Shown here: in pieces, positions 60,653-64,000 of the stretch | How the letters are laid out: the number at the start of each line of letters is the position of its first letter | Position numbering within the stretch: the stretch's first letter is position 1 | NCBI RefSeq assembly: GCF_963921235.1 | Contig: NC_086097.1 | Span: 215,700,001-215,764,000, forward strand | Direction: 5' to 3' | Length of the DNA: 64,000 bases | Origin: Mobula hypostoma | Taxonomy: Eukaryota | Made by a program: the position numbers and the translations under genes | Notes under the pieces: generated by a model | Seen by the model: the letters and a program-made list of their open reading frames with translations, nothing else | Database searches by the model: none | What the model was told of the DNA's origin: nothing

Positions 60653-62677
60653 ATGGTAGGATTTAGGAACCGTGGTGTACAAAGGCTGTAATAAATCTAG
60701 TCAAGAAGAAAAGGAAAGCTTACACAAGGGTCAGAGAGCGAGGTAATGTTAGAGATCTAGAAGATTATAAGGCTAATAGGAAGGAGTTTAAGAAGGAAAT
60801 TAGGAGAGCCAGAAGGGGCCATGAGAAGGCTTTGGCAGGCAGGATTAGGGAAAACCCCAAGGCATTCATTCTACAAGTATGTGAAGAGCAAGAGGATAAG
60901 ACGTGAAGAATAGGACCTATCAAGTGTGACAGTAGGAAAGTGTGTATGGTACCGGACAAAGTAGCAGAGGTACTTAATGAATACTTTACTTCATATTCAC
61001 TATGGAAAAGGATCTTGGTGATTGTAGTGATGATTGCAGTGGACTGAAAAGCTTGAGCATGTAGATATGAAGAAAGAGGATGTGCTGGAGCTCTTGGAAA
61101 GCATCAAGTTCGATAATTCGCCGGGACCGGATGAGATGTAACCCAGGCTACTGTGGGAGGCGAGGGAGGAAATTGCTGAGCCTCTGGTGATGATTTTTGC
61201 ATCATCAATGGGGACGGGAGAGGTTCCGGAGGACTGGAGGGTTGTGGATGTTGTTCCTTTATTCAAGAAAGGGAGTAGAGATAGACCAGGAAATTAGAGA
61301 CCAATGAGTCATACTTCAGTGGTTGGTAAGTTGATGAAGAAGATCCTGAGAGGCAGGATTCATGAACATTTGGAGAGGTATAATATGATTAGGAATAGTC
61401 AGCATGTCAAGGGCAGGTTGTGCCTTACAAGCCTGATTGAATTTTTTGAGGATGTGACTAAACACATTGATGAAGGAAGAGCAGTAGATGTAGTGTATAT
61501 GGATTTCAGCAAGGTATTTGATAAGGTACCCTATGCAAGGCTTATTGAGAAAGTAAGGACGCATGGGATCCAAGGACACATTGTTTTGTGGATCCAGAAC
61601 TGGCTTGCCCACAGAAGGCAAAGAGTGGTTGTAGATGGGTCATATTCTGCATGGAGGTCGGTGACCAGTGGTGTGTCTCAGGGATCTGTTCTGGGACCCT
61701 TACTCTTCGTGATTTTTATAAATGACCTAGATGAGGAAGTGGAGGGATGGGTTAGTAAATTTGCTGATGACACAAAGGTTGGCGGTGTTGTGGTTAGTGT
61801 GGAGGGCTATCAGAGATTACAGCGGGACATTGATAGAAGGCAAAACTGGGCTGAGAAGTAGCAGATGGAGTTCAACCCAGATAAATGTGAGGTGGTTCAT
61901 TTTGGTTGGTCAAATATGATGGCAGAATATAGTATTAATGGTGAGACTCTTAGCAGCGTGAAGGATCAGAGGGATCTTGGGGTCCGAGTCCATAGGACAG
62001 TCAAAGCAGCTGCGCAGGTTGACTCTGTGGTTAAGAAGGCATATGGTGCATTGGCCTTCATCAATTGTGGGATTGAGTTTAAGAGCCGAGAGGTAATCTT
62101 GCAGCTATATAGGACCCTGGTCAAATCCCACTTGGAGTACTGTGCTCAGTTCTGGTCACCTCACTACAGGAAGGATGTGGAAACCATAGAAAGGGTGAAG
62201 AGGAGATTTACAAGGATGCTGCCAGGATTGGGGAGCATGCCTTATGAAAACAGGTTGAGTGAACTCAGCCTTTTCTCCTTGGAGCGACGGAGGATGAGAG
62301 GTGACCTGATAGATGTGTATAAGATGATGGGAGGCATTGATCGTGTGGATAGTCAGAGGCTTTTTTCCCAGGGCTGAAATGGTTGCCACACGAGGACACA
62401 GGTTGAAGGTGCTGGGGAGTAGGTACAGAGGAGATGTCGGGGTAAGTTTTTTTTTACGCAGAGAGTAGTGAGTGCATGGAATGGGCTGCCGGCAACAGTG
62501 GTGGAGGCAGATGCAATAGGGTCTTTTAAGAGACTTTTGGATAGTTACATGGAGCTTAGAAAAATAGAGGGCTATGGGTAAGCCTAGTAATTTCTAAGGA
62601 AGGGACATGTTCAGCACAACTTTGTGGGCCAAAGGGCCTGTATTGTGCTATAGGCTTTCTATATTTCTGTGTTTCTA
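60653..62677 (+). mobile_element. 5'-truncated CR1 LINE with RT domain (pseudogenised)
   Basis: ORF 61304-61861 has [28 protein letters not shown] and FADDTK. After an in-frame stop, ORF 61865-62377 has MEFNPDKCEVVHFG and HLEYCAQFWSP. The 3' tail is a (TTTCTATG)-like repeat at 62656-62677. Confidence 0.95.
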
Positions 62678-63835
62678 TTGCTGGACATCAATTGCATTGC
62701 TGCCACTAATTTGGGCCCCTGGAGTGGTATATTACCACAATAATTGAAGGGCTTCCTCCCCCTAACTGGCCCCTCCCTCTCGTGGTAGCAGAAGAACCGT
62801 ACATTGCAGGTACTGGACACTATCACCATATCCCCATAGAATCTGTCTCTAAATGTACTCCTCCCTCTTCTAGACAAAAGTACCCTGCAGTAAATTTGTG
62901 AGATCGCTTTTCAAAATGCAGCACTTGGGTTTTCATATTTTTTTCAGGTTGATGTTTGATTTGACTTTACTGGTGTAGATAGATGTTAACATTCAGATGG
63001 TCATCTAAGGAGATGTAACACTTTTCATAAATATGTGAATTCCTTCTAAGGATATACTACTGATATCATCAAATGGGAAATTCAATTCACAATCAAAAGT
63101 AGAAACAGTTCAGGCATTGAATTAGTTGGATGTTGTCAATAATCATCTACTTGGTACAGAAAAAGGCTGTGCAGCTCATGAATCAGCATTTAAAGTTGAC
63201 TGCATCCTCTTCTGGTCTGTCCTCACCTAAATCTATCAACATAATCATCTGTTTCTTTATTTTATGTGCTTAATCAGCTTCCTCTTAAATGCATCTATAT
63301 TAATCACCATCCAGCCCGTGTTGCAAAAAGTTCCACATCCTCGCTACGCTTTGGTTAAGAAAAAGCGTTTCCCAGTTCCTTCTTATACTAGGTGACTGCC
63401 TCTCTTCGTTCCACTGGAAATATTTTCATATATCCATTCACTCAAAATGTGTTGTATTTTAAAGACTTTTATAAGGTCAACTCTATCATCCCACCACCTA
63501 CCTCCCCTCCACCACCAGCACTTTCTCAAGAAGCACCCACCCAGTTCGTCCTTCACTGATGCGTACACCCATGTATTGCAAATCATCTGTTCACCCTTTC
63601 TATGAGAGGAGCTGAAGGATCGGATATTTGGTACATGCACTTGGCTGAGGAGTCTGTGGTGTGAAATTACCATATATAGGTTTATGACCGAACACCGGCA
63701 AGTCTGACTCCTGCTGAAATGTCCATTGATGCCCAGCACAGTCGTCCAGTGGTTCCAAGTACGGTTCAGTACAGTACAACACAACTTCCCTACTTTTCAG
63801 TTCTGTCCCTCCAGAAATAAAAATGAATTATTTTA

Positions 63836-64000
63836 GTATCCTCCCTCCCCCTCCTGTCTTCTCCTATCATTTTGGATCTCCCCCTCCCCCTCCAGCTTTC
63901 AAATCCCTTACTCACTCTTCCTTCAGTTAGTCCTGACGAAGGGTCTCGGCCCGAAACGTCGACTGCACCTCTTCCTACAGATGCTGCCTGGCCTGCTGCG
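63836..64000 (+). mobile_element. Penelope-like element terminal repeat (cut by the window edge)
   Basis: Pyrimidine-rich leader followed by CCTGACGAAGGGTCTCGGCCCGAAACGTCGACTG..AGATGCTGCCTGGCCTGCTG; same family as the fold-back arms. Confidence 0.75.
63929..63964 (+). ncRNA. Predicted minimal type-I hammerhead ribozyme
   Basis: Stem I AGTC/GACT; core CTGACGA (63933-39) plus an extra A; stem II GGGT-CTCG-GCCC; GAAA (63953-56); palindromic ACGT helix III; GUC cleavage triplet ending at 63960. Confidence 0.78.

Noticed and set aside
61304..62377. RT ORFs as a functional gene or active LINE
   Set aside because: 5'-truncated, with an in-frame stop at ~61859-61861, small deletions and a frameshift near 62375.
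1..64000. Prokaryotic systems (CRISPR arrays, operons, retrons, prophage)
   Set aside because: No repeat-spacer arrays and no dense coding. All RT sequences are eukaryotic non-LTR retrotransposon remnants.

Overview
Vertebrate non-coding DNA with no supportable host protein-coding gene. The repeat content (abundant CR1 LINEs, V-domain and Deu-domain SINEs, Rex1/Babar 3' ends, Penelope-derived fold-back elements) suggests a cartilaginous fish, probably a ray; this is inference. The one clear host gene is a miR-124 hairpin (48566-48624, +) whose loop and flanks match the mir-124-2 paralogue as I recall it. It lies in a ~15 kb CpG-retaining, transposon-free domain (~37.9-53.3 kb) containing a candidate RE1/REST site, a palindromic CRE, and a possible 3' splice site and poly(A) signal around the hairpin. 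The flanks are dense in nested transposon remnants: CR1 in CR1, CR1 in a Chapaev3-like element, a fold-back element in Rex1 in Tc1, and a Charlie3/OC1-like hAT. The most unusual signals are two predicted self-cleaving RNAs carried by retroelements. One is an HDV-like ribozyme fold, with an unusual hairpin inserted in L3, that starts exactly at the TSD-defined 5' end of a young 562-bp non-coding RTE-type element (22435-22996). The other is an intact minimal type-I hammerhead in a Penelope-type repeat (63929-63964), whose relatives occur as short palindromic elements with back-to-back hammerhead cores. All structures were folded by eye, family assignments come from motif recall, and boundaries without TSDs are approximate.
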